Shown here: piece by piece, positions 1 through 10,629 of the stretch
Numbering within the stretch: position 1 is the stretch's first letter
How the letters are laid out: every line of letters begins with the position of its first letter
Assembly: GCF_004010195.1 (NCBI RefSeq)
Contig: NC_057757.1
Location: forward strand, 1,654,939 to 1,703,781
Reading direction: 5' to 3'
Source: Chiloscyllium plagiosum
Lineage: Eukaryota
DNA length: 48,843 nt
Translations under genes and position numbers: made by a program
The notes under the pieces: generated by a model
What the model was told of the DNA's origin: nothing
The model's database searches: none
The model's input: only the letters and a program-made list of their open reading frames with translations

Positions 1-473
1 GTTCACGAGGTCAATTCCTGGAATGGCGGGACTATCTTATGTTGAAAGATTGGAGCGACTGGGCTTGTATACCCTTGAGTTTAGAAGACTGAGGGGATCT
101 GATTGAGACGTATAAGCTTATTAAAGGATTGGACACTCTGGAGGCAGGAAACATGTTTCCGCTGATGGGTGAGTCCCGAACCAGAGGACACAGCTTAGAA
201 ATAAGGGGTAGGCCATTTAGGACAGAGATGAGGAGAAACGTCTTCACCCAGAGAGTGTGGTGGGTGTGTGGAATGCTCTGCCCCAGAAGGCAGTGGAGGC
301 CCAGTCTCTGGATTCATTTAAGATGGAGCTCTCAAGGATAGTGGAATCAAGGGTTATGGAGATAAGGCAGGAACAGGATACTGATTGAGGATGATCAGCC
401 ATGATCATAATGAATGGTGGTGCAGGCTCGAAAGGCTGAATGGCCTACTCCTGCACGTATTGTCTATTGTCTA
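1..473 (+). mobile_element. CR1-clade LINE 3' end
   Basis: Encodes the CR1 ORF2 C-terminus (LGLYTLE..RLRGDLIE, TRGHSL, FTQRV) and ends in a (TATTGTC)n microsatellite tail. Confidence 0.85.
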
Positions 474-689
474 TTGTCATATCCCTGGAATGGAACATAT
501 GATGATTGGCTGAGGATTCTGGGATTGTATTCATTAGAGTTTAGAAGGTTGAGGGGAGATCGGCTGAATGGCCTACTCCTGCACGTATTGTCTATTGTCT
601 ATTGTCATATCCCTGGAATGGAACATATGATGATTGGCTGAGGATTCTGGGATTGTATTCATTAGAGTTTAGAAGGTTGAGGGGAGATC
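434..689 (+). repeat. 128-bp exact tandem duplication spanning the junction of two CR1 fragments
   Basis: 434-561 is identical to 562-689. Confidence 0.9.
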
Positions 690-1076
690 TACTAGAAACT
701 TACAAAATAATGCATGGCTTAGAAAGGATGGACGCTGGGAAATTGTTTCCATTGGGCAGGGAGACTAGGACACGTGGGCACAGCCTTAGGATTAGAGGGG
801 GTCAATTTAGAATGGAAATGAGGAGACATTTCTTCAGCCAGAGAGTGGTGAGCCTGTGGAATTGGTTGCCACAGAGCACATTGGAGGCTGGGATGCTAAA
901 TGTCTTCAAGGCAGAGATTGATAAATTCTTGATCTTGCAAGGAATTAAGGGCTAAGGGGAGAGTGCGGGTAATTGAAATTGGAATGCCCATCGGCCATGA
1001 TTAAATGGCGGAGTGGACTCAATGGGTCGAATGATCTTGTTTCCACTCCAATGTCTTATGGTCTTATAGTCTTACG
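606..1076 (+). mobile_element. CR1-clade LINE 3' end
   Basis: ORF 602-955 (LGLYSLEFRRLRGDLLETYKIM..TRGHSL..FFSQRVV) with a (TCTTATGG)-like tail. Confidence 0.85.
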
Positions 1077-1322
1077 GTATGTTAGGGTAATGTGTTTAAA
1101 AGGTAAAAAATAAAGCCATCTTTTCATTATTTTTCTTAAGGGGAGGTATTATGAAGATGTGGGTGTACCTTTAAGAGAGTTAAAAGCAGCAAAACTGCCG
1201 ACACAGCACTGAGTGTTCTCAATAAGGATACAATATATGTAACACTGGATTGAACAACTCGACTCGTTCATTGCCTGGAAACAAAAACAAATTTGAATTT
1301 GGCCAATCAGTCTAAATTATCT

Positions 1323-1687
1323 CCTTGAAAGTGGAGTCGCAGGTAGATAGGATAGTGAAGAAGGCGTTTGGTATGCTTTCCTTTATTGGTCAGAGTATTG
1401 AGTACAGGAGTTGGGAGGTCATGTTGCGGCTGTACAGGACAGGGGTTAGGCCACTGTTGGATATTGCGTGCAATTCTGTTCTCCCTCCTATCGGAAAGCT
1501 GTTGTGAAATTTGAAAGTGCCAGAGGAAGTGGTGGAGGCTGGTACAATTGCAACATTTAAGAGGCATTTGGATGGATATATGAATAGGAAGAGTTTGGAG
1601 GGATATGGGCCGGGTGCTGGCAGGTGGGACTAGATTGGGTTGGACCGAAGGGTCAATTTCCATGCTGTACATCTCTATGACTCTATG
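1323..1687 (+). mobile_element. CR1 LINE fragment, internally deleted
   Basis: KVESQVDRIVKKAFGMLSFI..VRPLL joined to a CR1 3' UTR with CTCTATGA tail. Confidence 0.85.
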
Positions 1688-2116
1688 AATCTCTATACCC
1701 CGATAAAAATACCAATTTCCAACCCAGTTTGAATTGAGTACATTGACAATCTTAAAAGCCAATGACACAATCCGATGCTCTAGATATAAGACCAGGAGTG
1801 GGGATAACTGAACAGTTGAGAGAACTGCCAAGTCCTAGCATGTAACAAACTGCGTGTAAAAAAAACTCTCTTAAAAGTACCTTTTCAATCAGTAACTTGT
1901 AACGCCGAAATTCCTAACAAGGAGAAAAGAAGACACAGGAAGTTCTGAAGACAAGAACAGCTGCCTGGTTTTGAGGTAAAAAGTGTTTTTTTGTAAATCT
2001 TAATTGGAAGTTTTATCGGACCAGTATTATAGAAGGGAAGATAAAAGAGAGGTTAGAGAGAAAAATTGTATATAGTGGTTGGTTAATTATTCTCTGTTAT
2101 ACTTTAAGAAATTGTA

Positions 2117-2328
2117 TCTCCCCGTGTCTGTGTGGGTTTCCTCCGGGTGCTCCAGTTTCCTCCCACAGTGCAGGTTAGGTGAATTGGCCACGCTAAATTG
2201 CCTGTAGTGTTAGGTGAAGGGGTAAATGAATGGGTCAAGGTGGGTCGCTCTTCAGAGGGTCGGTGTGGACTTGTTGGGCCGAAGGGCCTGTTTCCACACT
2301 GTAAGTAATCTAAGTAATCCAAATCTAA
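2117..2328 (+). mobile_element. HE1-like V-SINE, 5'-truncated
   Basis: V-domain TCTCCCCGTGTCTGTGTGGGTTTCCTCCGGGTGCTCC and tail GGGCCGAAGGGCCTGTTTCCACACTG. Confidence 0.85.
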
Positions 2329-3856
2329 ATAAAGTTGTTAATTTTTACTTTACATAGTTCCGGCCACTCAAATCTTTACAGATTACTGCACAAGATCAAT
2401 CTCTTCTGTGTTGCTGGTTTTAAATTAAGTAGGAGAGTTCACCCCGTGTTGTAACATTAAATAGTGGGGGAGTTGGCTAGGCAGCATTTAAAAGTATCAC
2501 AACATACAATGGAACAGGAAGCAGACAAGAAATCAAAAGCTTGCAAATTTGCTATCGGAGATAAGGTGTTAGTGTTTCTTTAAGTGATAGGTGATCCTTT
2601 AAAAGCAAGGTTTAGTGGACCTTATCAGTCAAGAGGAGAATGAGTTATGTGAACTATTTGATAAGGACTCCAGTCAGAAAGAAATCACAGTGTGTCAAGT
2701 GAATTGACAGGGAAGGAAAGCAAAAGAGAATGTGTTATTGGTTACAACCCAGAGTCCAGAACCAAGTTCAGAGAATTCTAAACTGGACATACCTCAAATT
2801 AAATTGGACAATGAGTAAGTTGTCAAAAGTTGGGATAAATTATTGAGCTACCTTCCAGAGGAAAACTGAAATGACCTGAAAGGGTTATTGCTATTGTGGG
2901 GGAGATAGGTAGAAATAAGCTGGGAAATGCTAACATAGTGGATGGATAATAATAAAATGTTGGTTATGTAGGTTAGTTTGATCTTTGAGTAGGATAAAAG
3001 GTCGGCACATCAAGGGTCTGTACTGTGCTGTGCTGTTCTATGCTCTATGTTATTTGCATGATGAGATAGGCTATGCTGTTCTGATTAAGCAACATCCTTA
3101 TAAGCATTACCCTCTAAAGTCAGCACAGGTTCAAAAGGAGGTAGAGAGCATGCTCCAAGATGACATAATCTAAGTGAGTTACAGTAACTGGAGTGGTGCC
3201 AAAACAAGTTGGTACCCAACGGTTATGTGTGGACCATCACAAAGTCAATGCAGTTACAAAGACTGATTAATATCCAATTCCACGTTTGGAAGAATGTATG
3301 GAAAATTTGGGAAAAGCAATTTATATTTCTGAGTTGGACTTGCTCAGAGGATACTGGCAGGTACCTTTGTCCAAAAGAGTGAAGACAATATTGGCTCTGG
3401 TAATGCCGAATAGACTGCATCAATTTAAAGTCACGCCATTTGGCATGAAAAATATGCCAGTCACGTTTCAAAGACAACCAATAAGATCATTTCCGGACGA
3501 CCCAATTGCACTGCTATGTTGATGACCTGGTGAAAGGAACATTTATTGGAATCTATTTTGGGAGACAGGCTTGGTGATAAACCTGGCTAAGAGTGAATTT
3601 GCCAATGCCCAAGTCACCTTCCTGGGCCATGGTATTGGACATGGACAAATAGCCCCAAGAGATGCAAAAACAAAGGTAACTGGGGAGTTGTCCATACAAT
3701 CGACAAAAAGAGCAGTCCTACAATCCCTGGGACTAAGTGGATTTTATCGCAAATTTTCAAAGTGTGGGCTGCTCCAATCAGTGAATTACTGAAGAAAGGC
3801 AGCAGTTTGTGTGGACAGCAGACTGTCAGAAGGCATTTGACAGTTTGAAAGCTATG

Positions 3857-5238
3857 TAAAAACAAGGACTGCAGATGCTGGAAACCTGATTCTGGGTTAG
3901 AGTGGTGCTGGAAGAGCACAGCAGTTCAGACAGCATCTGAGGAGGAGTAAAATCGACGTTTCGGGTAAAAGTCCTTCATCAGGAATAAAGGCAGAGAGCC
4001 TGAAGCGTGGAGAGATAAGCTAGAGGGGNNNNNNNNNNNNNNNNNNNNNNNNNNNNNNNNNNNNNNNNNNNNNNNNNNNNNNNNNNNNNNNNNNNNNNNN
4101 NNNNNNNNNNNNNNNNNNNNNNNNNNNNNNNNNNNNNNNNNNNNNNNNNNNNNNNNNNNNNNNNNNNNNNNNNNNNNNNNNNNNNNNNNNNNNNNNNNNN
4201 NNNNNNNNNNNNNNNNNNNNNNNNNNNNNNNNNNNNNNNNNNNNNNNNNNNNNNNNNNNNNNNNNNNNNNNNNNNNNNNNNNNNNNNNNNNNNNNNNNNN
4301 NNNNNNNNNNNNNNNNNNNNNNNNNNNNNNNNNNNNNNNNNNNNNNNNNNNNNNNNNNNNNNNNNNNNNNNNNNNNNNNNNNNNNNNNNNNNNNNNNNNN
4401 NNNNNNNNNNNNNNNNNNNNNNNNNNNNNNNNNNNNNNNNNNNNNNNNNNNNNNNNNNNNNNNNNNNNNNNNNNNNNNNNNNNNNNNNNNNNNNNNNNNN
4501 NNNNNNNNNNNNNNNNNNNNNNNNNNNNNNNNNNNNNNNNNNNNNNNNNNNNNNNNNNNNNNNNNNNNNNNNNNNNNNNNNNNNNNNNNNNNNNNNNNNN
4601 NNNNNNNNNNNNNNNNNNNNNNNNNNNNNNNNNNNNNNNNNNNNNNNNNNNNNNNNNNNNNNNNNNNNNNNNNNNNNNNNNNNNNNNNNNNNNNNNNNNN
4701 NNNNNNNNNNNNNNNNNNNNNNNNNNNNNNNNNNNNNNNNNNNNNNNNNNNNNNNNNNNNNNNNNNNNNNNNNNNNNNNNNNNNNNNNNNNNNNNNNNNN
4801 NNNNNNNNNNNNNNNNNNNNNNNNNNNNNNNNNNNNNNNNNNNNNNNNNNNNNNNNNCGGTCGTCATTAATGGAGATGGAGAGGTCCAGGAAGGGGAGGG
4901 AGGTGTCAGAGATGGTCCAGGTAAATTTAAAGTCAGGGTGGAATGTGTTGGTGAAGTTGATGAATTGCTCAACCTCCTCGCGGGAGCATGAGGTGGCGCC
5001 AATGCAGTCATCAATGTAGCGGAGGAAGAGGTGGGGAGTGGTGCCGGTGTAATTACGGAAGATCGACTGTTCTACGTAGCCAACAAAGAGACAGGCATAG
5101 CTGGGGCACATACGTGTGCCCATGGATACCCCTTTGGTCTGGAGGAAGTGGAAGGATTCGAAGGAGAAATTGTTAAGGATGAGGACCAGTTCGGCCAAAC
5201 AAATGACAGTGTCAGTGGAAGGGTACTGTTGGGGACGA
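3857..5238 (-). mobile_element. Penelope-like element inserted in the Gypsy pol (contains an N-gap)
   Basis: RT motifs QTKGVSMGTRMCPSYACLF..LRYIDDC..PFLD; Penelope terminus at 3857-4028; flanking direct repeat AAAGCTATG (3848-3856 and 5239-5247); the Gypsy frame resumes after it. Confidence 0.88.
3951..3986 (-). ncRNA. Minimal hammerhead ribozyme motif with degenerate helix II
   Basis: Minus strand reads ATTC-CTGATGA-A-GGAC TTTT ACCC-GAAA-CGTC-GATT; helix II has two mismatches. Confidence 0.5.
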
Positions 5239-6684
5239 AAAGCTATGCTGACTGCTGCTCCAGTATGAGCCACACCTAATTACGCAAAGCCATTCAAGGT
5301 GGCTATCAAGTCGAGTGAAGTCGCTTTCGGTGCTATGCTCTTACAGGAAGACAATGAGAAGATAGAAAGATCACTTGGATATTTCTCCAGGAAACTGAAC
5401 ATTCATCAGCAGAGATATTCGGCAATTCAGAAGGAGACTTTGAGCTTGGTGTTGGCATTACAATATTTCAACATTTATGTTACCAGTAATGTATCCGAGA
5501 CAATCATATACATTGATCATGAGCAATTGAAGTTTATGGAGAAATTTAAGGACAAAAATTCCAGACTGTTTAGATAGAGCTTGTTCTTACAGTCATTCAA
5601 GTTGAATATTGTGCATGTGGCAGGAGGAGAAAATGTGATTGCTGATGCATTGTCGAGACTTGGATGAGAAACAGAGGCGTTCGGTGGCAGGAGTAAACAG
5701 CCTGAAAAGAATGTGGTAGTGCATGCTTGCATGTTTATAGTCAATGTAACATATACGCGTATTGTAGTGTACTAACAATGTAAGATTAAGGGGTTTTAAA
5801 ATGAAGCCATCTTTGGATACTGATGGCTCATTTTTTAAGGAGGGAAGTGTGATGATGCTACCCCTTTAGCAAGGTTATTTTGCCCTTGGTTTTCTTTGAC
5901 AGGGGTCATAAAGGCAGAGGTACTGATATGTCTGGAAATATCTACTTGAAAAGGCTTTTATGTATTTTTTAACACTTGTACAATGAAAGGGGAGTGGCCA
6001 GTTCTCCCAGTTCAGGGTTATTTCTGACTTGGTTTTAGCAAGCAGTCTGTTTGAAGCAGCTGATCAAAGAAAGAGATGAGGGAAAAAAGGGTCCCTGGTT
6101 CAACATAGGTTTTCTGGCTGACTCTCTTTGCAATCTCTCTCTCCTGTGTGTTTGAATTTACCTTTTTTGCCAAGGGGATGTTGATGGGATATTGCAGGAA
6201 ATCGGTACAACTCTTTGTTAACTTGCGTTTTCGTGTCTGTTGGGTTTTCAAACTGTTATGTTATTCTAAACTCCGTTTTCTTTTCTTCGTGTGTAAATAA
6301 ATTCTGTTTTGTTTGCAACCATGTGGTTTGACCAGCTGCATCACTCCTGGAATATCCACCTTACACCTGCTTAAAACAACTAGGAAAGTTAGGGTCTGGG
6401 CTACCTTCTTAAAAATGTTTTGAGGGTGATCTGGCCTGGCCAATAACACATTAAACAGAGGTCATTCACTTTACTAATTTTTTCCCCATTTGGAACATCA
6501 TGTCTGTACCTTCTTTTTGAAAAGACTTATTAGTCAAATCCCATTCTGCATCCTTTTCTATATAAACAGCATACCTGAGTACTCTGTGTAGAACTGTTAC
6601 TGTTTCCTTGGTCTGTCTTTCTCTATCTCATTCACACATGTAGGCAGGAGCATGTTTATCAACCAATCGTTTTATGTCTTTCAG

Positions 6685-6743
6685 GTGCAATTTATTTATG
6701 GGCGTATTCAAAGATATCAAATGGTGAAGATCACAATGACAAG
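6685..6743 (+). pseudogene. Mucin copy 1: middle SEA exon (VQFIYGRIQRYQMVKITMT)
   Basis: ttcag|...AG|gtaggg, 59 bp, phase 0 to 2. Resembles the MUC17 segment MNIVYSGIPEYVGVNITKLR (recalled sequence). Confidence 0.75.
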
Positions 6744-7138
6744 GTAGGGATCTCAGAACAGAAGTCCCACTTCTGATAAATTTATATTATGTGTGAGATA
6801 AAAACGATATGAGGCATTCACGTTCATTGAAATCTATGCAGATATGCAAATTAGAGCTCTGTGATGGTTTCAAGCTCCAGGTCAAGGGGAAGAACAATGA
6901 CCCTTTTGTTGAGAAGAGATAACATGGAGGTAACTGGAAAAGAGATTCAATTAAAAGGCAATTTACAGATCATGCCTTTTTTGGCCTTAGAAATAGCCGA
7001 TTCAAGAGCTGAATGCACAGGGCAGATGAAATTCAGCTCCATTGGTTATATCTGTTGGATCTTGCTCCAGTGTCACAAAGCAGTAACTAGCATTAAACAT
7101 AATTTTTGCTTTTTTCTCCTCTTCCCTCATGTTTTCAG

Positions 7139-7266
7139 CCAGAGCAGCATTGTTACTGATCACAAAGCTCTTTTCAACAATAAAACAGAGAGGTTCGATG
7201 AAAGCATGATAAAGGAAACAATAAAAGATATCGGAGAAAGCTTACAATCCAGGAATTGTACCAACA
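7139..7266 (+). pseudogene. Mucin copy 1: SEA C-terminal exon (SQSSIVTDHKALFNNKTERF..RNCTN)
   Basis: Polypyrimidine tract plus AG, phase 2 matching the upstream exon; SSIVTDH corresponds to the SEA GSVVVEH motif. The donor (A|gtaatg) is uncertain. Confidence 0.7.
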
Positions 7267-7350
7267 GTAATGATTCACATAAGAAGTGATCCTGTTCTCA
7301 ATTACACTCCTTGGTGCTGGGGTCTGTTTGGTGGTGGCGGAAGTGACGGC

Positions 7351-7772
7351 TTTCCTTTGGGGCCTTGGAGAGAAGTGAGGGGGGAGGTGTGGGCGCAAGT
7401 GTTGCACCTCTTTTCCTTTGGGGCCTTGGAGAGAAGTGAGGGGGGAGGTGTGGGCGCAAGTGTTGCACCTCTTTTCCTTTGGGGCCTTGGAGAGAAGTGA
7501 GGGGGGAGGTGTGGGCGCAAGTGTTGCACCTCTTTTCCTTTGGGGCCTTGGAGAGAAGTGAGGGGGGAGGTGTGGGCGCAAGTGTTGCACCTCTTTTCCT
7601 TTGGGGCCTTGGAGAGAAGTGAGGGGGGAGGTGTGGGCGCAAGTGTTGCACCTCTTTTCCTTTGGGGCCTTGGAGAGAAGTGAGGGGGGAGGTGTGGGCG
7701 CAAGTGTTGCACCTCTTTTCCTTTGGGGCCTTGGAGAGAAGTGAGGGGGGAGGTGTGGGCGCAAGTGTTGCA
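7351..7772. repeat. 61-bp minisatellite, about 7 identical units, running into an N-gap
   Basis: Unit TTTCCTTTGGGGCCTTGGAGAGAAGTGAGGGGGGAGGTGTGGGCGCAAGTGTTGCACCTCT repeats with period 61. Confidence 0.95.
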
Positions 7773-8045
7773 NNNNNNNNNNNNNNNNNNNNNNNNNNNN
7801 NNNNNNNNNNNNNNNNNNNNNNNNNNNNNNNNNNNNNNNNNNNNNNNNNNNNNNNNNNNNNNNNNNNNNNNNNNNNNNNNNNNNNNNNNNNNNNNNNNNN
7901 NNNNNNNNNNNNNNNNNNNNNNNNNNNNNNNNNNNNNNNNNNNNNNNNNNNCCTTGACCTCTTTCCACCTATCACATTTCCAACGCCCCTCCTCCAAGTC
8001 CCTCCTCCCTACCTTTTATCTTCTCCTGCTGAACACTCTCTGCTC

Positions 8046-8081
8046 ATTCCTGAAGAAGGGCCTGTGCCCGAAACGTCGAAT
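8046..8081 (+). ncRNA. Minimal type I hammerhead ribozyme motif (Penelope terminus)
   Basis: ATTC-CTGAAGA-A-GGGC CTGT GCCC-GAAA-CGTC-GAAT: helix I ATTC/GAAT, helix II GGGC/GCCC, palindromic ACGT helix III, GUC cleavage triplet. Confidence 0.75.
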
Positions 8082-8171
8082 CTCCTGTTCCCTGGATGCT
8101 GCCTGACCTGCTGTGCTGTTCCAGCAATAAAGTTTCAACAATTGTTGACTGGTTCAGGGAGGCAGTGTTGT

Positions 8172-8347
8172 AAAGGCACCAGTGTCAGACAGGTTATAGT
8201 CCAACAGGTTTAAACTCTGTGTCGATCTGTGCGATCTTCTTGGAGATCCTCTCCACTTTGAACAGCCTGATGAAGGAGCAGCGCTCTATAAGCTTCCAGT
8301 TCCAAACTGACCTGTTGGACTATAACCTGGTGTTGTGTGATTTCTAA
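8172..8347. mobile_element. Short terminus of a second Penelope family, with inverted arms and a decayed hammerhead
   Basis: CAGGTTATAGTCCAACAGGT (8190-8209) is inverted relative to ACCTGTTGGACTATAACCTG (8310-8329); similar to 29265-29340; CTGATGA at 8267 but the GAAA box is mutated. Confidence 0.6.
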
Positions 8348-9777
8348 CTGTTTCAGGCAGAGCACTGTCACCTCCTTCTCAGAAGGTTGTGGGTTAAAGT
8401 CTCACTCCAGTTTATAATCCACGCTGAGATATGAGCCTGCTGACATGCCGGCGAGATGAAGATAGGGTGGCAGGATCCCCATCACTGAAGGGGCTCAGTG
8501 AATCAGTTTGGTTTTATTACTCACCAGCTCACATTGATTCAATGTGTGGTTAGATTTCAAACTTAGAATCTGTGGGTTTCTAAACCTGTTCCACAATCAC
8601 TGCACTTGACAAACTGCTCTCATTTCTCAGGGGTTTGCTTTTGCCAACCCATTTGCTTTCTTTGAAATATGCCCGGCATCATTTTCACCCCCACTGACTG
8701 TCTGATACTCTGATAGGAGAGCATCATTAGTCTGTTGATATCAAAGGGTGAGCAATCACCTCTGGTAAAGCTGAAAATGATGACGAGAAATCTTTGTTGT
8801 GTTAACAGTGCCAACCTGAATGTGTATTAATGGGCATTTATGGCAAAACTAGCACTTCATCTCCATCCCTAATTATGCTGAGTAGGTGGTGATACAAATG
8901 AAGGGCTTATTCGGCCATTTCAAAGGGCAGTTATTACCACATAGGTGGTGACATGTCGGGGTGACATGTAGGCTGTACAGGTCTTGGTGACAGGATTCCT
9001 TCACTAGACAGTGAACTGGTTGGAGCAACATAAACACTGCACTATTAAGTGGAGAATACCATCTCAATGTTTTACTCATGTTGCTGTCCTGATATGTACA
9101 ATTATTAATTTAAAGATTATTGAAAGTTTCTCCTGTGTGTACCCTTTTAACTGTGAACTAATTCACATTTCAAAACAGTGTTCAGTAGTTCAAATTACAA
9201 AAATCTATCGTACTCAGATCAAGATGTAACAGGTGAATTTTATATTCTCAAGACTATTTTATAAACTGAGTAACAATTAAGAGCCTAAGACTTCATATAA
9301 TGACATTGCAAACAAATAAAATACTTTACACACTTCATCTTAATTGTTGACCATCTGGTTGCAATCATTCCAATATCAATCCGATAATCATTTGTTCTGC
9401 AATTATTGATCCTACGATTACTGATCTGATATGAATTAGTTCCTTATTTTTCCGGTGAGAAATGTGTTGTTGCTTGGTTCATTTGGGTCAGTGCATCTGT
9501 CAAATTAACTACAATAGATAGAGAGTTGTGGGAGGTAATGCACCCTCTAATATTTCCATATTGAGCACAGCTTATTTAATTCATTGCACATATGTACAGG
9601 ATAGTGGTGTGGGAGCTTATACATGCACCATAAAGGGACTGTGTTTGGAGCTGGTTGCTGTGTTTCAGTTAAATTACTGCACGGTCACACAGCCTTGCAG
9701 CTTAGAGAAAACATTTGTGGGATGTGAGAGATACATTGCCAAAGTTGTGATTTTGTTATCCACTAACTGTTCAACAG

Positions 9778-9939
9778 TTGATTGCTCCACGTGTGTTGAA
9801 GAAATTTCAAGGATTATTTTACAGCTACAAATACACCTTCGGGCTTGATCTGTATGTCAAGATGTCACAGTGACCATAAAGATCACTTACAGTGCTGATA
9901 TGGGAAAAGTGAGCTCACAGCGAAAGGACGCAAATGCTT
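9778..9939 (+). pseudogene. Mucin copy 1: second EGF-like exon (VDCSTCVE/NFKDYFTATNTPSGLICMSRCHSDHKDHLQC*YGKSELTAKGRKC)
   Basis: Branch point CACTAAC, cag| acceptor, |gtaaca donor. Cys spacing resembles MUC17 EGF2. Has a 1-bp deletion relative to copy 2 and TGA at 9896-9898. Confidence 0.78.
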
Positions 9940-10510
9940 GTAACATTCAGTTGATATTTTTGGGTTTCATTCATAATGATTAACCTAGTGAGGTCAAGGG
10001 CTGCTGAACCTGCAGAATTGTCTTGCGGTCTCCATACTTAAGGAATAATTTCCTGGGCAGGGCTGCAACTACACCAGCAATAAATATCACTTTGAAATTA
10101 CACAGAGCTGTGTGCTTTCTGTTAGCTCTATTGGACACTAATAACTAACAACACTTTAGGGTGTAGGTTTGCTTGCTGAGCTTTAGGTTTGATATTCAGA
10201 CGTTTCATTACCTGGCTAGGTAACATCATCAGTGGCGACCTCCAAGTGAAGTCACTATTGTTACTAGTTTTAAGAATGCTGGGATGCAGAAAATTTGCTG
10301 TTTGGGGGGGGGGTGCGGTGTTGGATATCATGCAAAGAAACTTCTCGGACTATGTTCAGCTAAGTTGGCAACCTCTGTAAGGTCCAATCCTTTATGGTGA
10401 GAGCACAGGTAATAGTATTAATCAGTACCCTTGCCAAGGAGTGGGACTGCAAAACATTCACCTGCAGTTTCATTAGGCGATGCTGTTAACGATTGACCTG
10501 TGTTTGGTAA

Positions 10511-10625
10511 TTCTGGATCAGTGGTGCTGGAAGAGCACAGCAATTCAGGCAGCATCCGAAGACAGGCAAAATCGACGTTTCGGGCAAAAGCCCTTCATCA
10601 GGAATAAAGGCAGAGGAGGGTGGGG
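10511..10625 (-). mobile_element. Penelope terminus with hammerhead motif at 10570-10605
   Basis: Minus strand ATTC-CTGATGA-A-GGGC TTTT GCCC-GAAA-CGTC-GATT. Confidence 0.75.
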
Positions 10626-10629
10626 GACA

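Larger units (their letters stand above)
1147..2456 (+). mobile_element. Gypsy-type LTR (3' LTR), interrupted by a CR1 piece (about 1323-1687) and a SINE
   Basis: Preceded by a polypurine tract (AAGGGGAGG) and by an AAGCCATCTTT motif also seen before the 5848 LTR; ends in ...TGTAACA. Confidence 0.55.
2457..6448 (+). mobile_element. Degenerate Gmr1-type Gypsy LTR retrotransposon: integrase C-terminus, RT, RNase H, PPT, 3' LTR
   Basis: IN C-terminus GDKVLVF..LKARFSGPY (about 2460-2690); RT LDLLRGYWQVPL..PFGMKN..YVDDL..TFLGH (about 3090-3800); RH YFSRKL..YSAIQKE (5250-5665); PPT AAGGAGGGAAG; LTR TG..CA at 5848-6448. Many stops and frameshifts. Confidence 0.85.
7310..8138. mobile_element. Rearranged Penelope-like insertion: minus-strand coding pieces, N-gap, plus-strand terminus
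   Basis: Minus strand HFRHHQTDPSTK and CNTCAHTSPLTSLQGPKG match the Penelope at 15.7-16.0 kb; plus-strand terminus at 7952-8138. Confidence 0.75.

Noticed and set aside
3926..5273. Long ORFs of 362 and 417 aa (also 29448-30678)
   Set aside because: Lengths are inflated by N-gaps; the real residues are Penelope RT fragments.
1147..6448. 1147-2456 and 5848-6448 as the paired LTRs of one element
   Set aside because: The sequences are dissimilar and each is preceded by its own polypurine tract, so both look like 3' LTRs of different elements.
7351..7772. CRISPR array or repeat-protein ORFs
   Set aside because: The units are contiguous and identical with no spacers, there are no cas genes, and the context is eukaryotic. 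The ORFs are open only because the repeat lacks stops and runs into Ns.
8620..8820. Possible exon in the conserved tract (+ GVCFCQP.. or minus-strand ORF)
   Set aside because: Early stops on +, frames differ between the copies, and no recognisable homology.
9456..9517. Possible small linker exon between SEA and EGF2 (paralogue near 23938-24000)
   Set aside because: The position fits, but splice sites are non-canonical (donor AT in both copies) and the translations disagree.
9896..9898. Shared TGA as selenocysteine or programmed readthrough
   Set aside because: It is not at a conserved Cys position, no SECIS was recognised, and the exons carry other disabling lesions.
9917..10010. Minus-strand exon-like segment (GSAALDLTRL.. 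/ ASAAVDLTVL.. in copy 2) resembling a SEA motif
   Set aside because: It overlaps the much better supported + strand EGF exon and has no partner exons on the minus strand.
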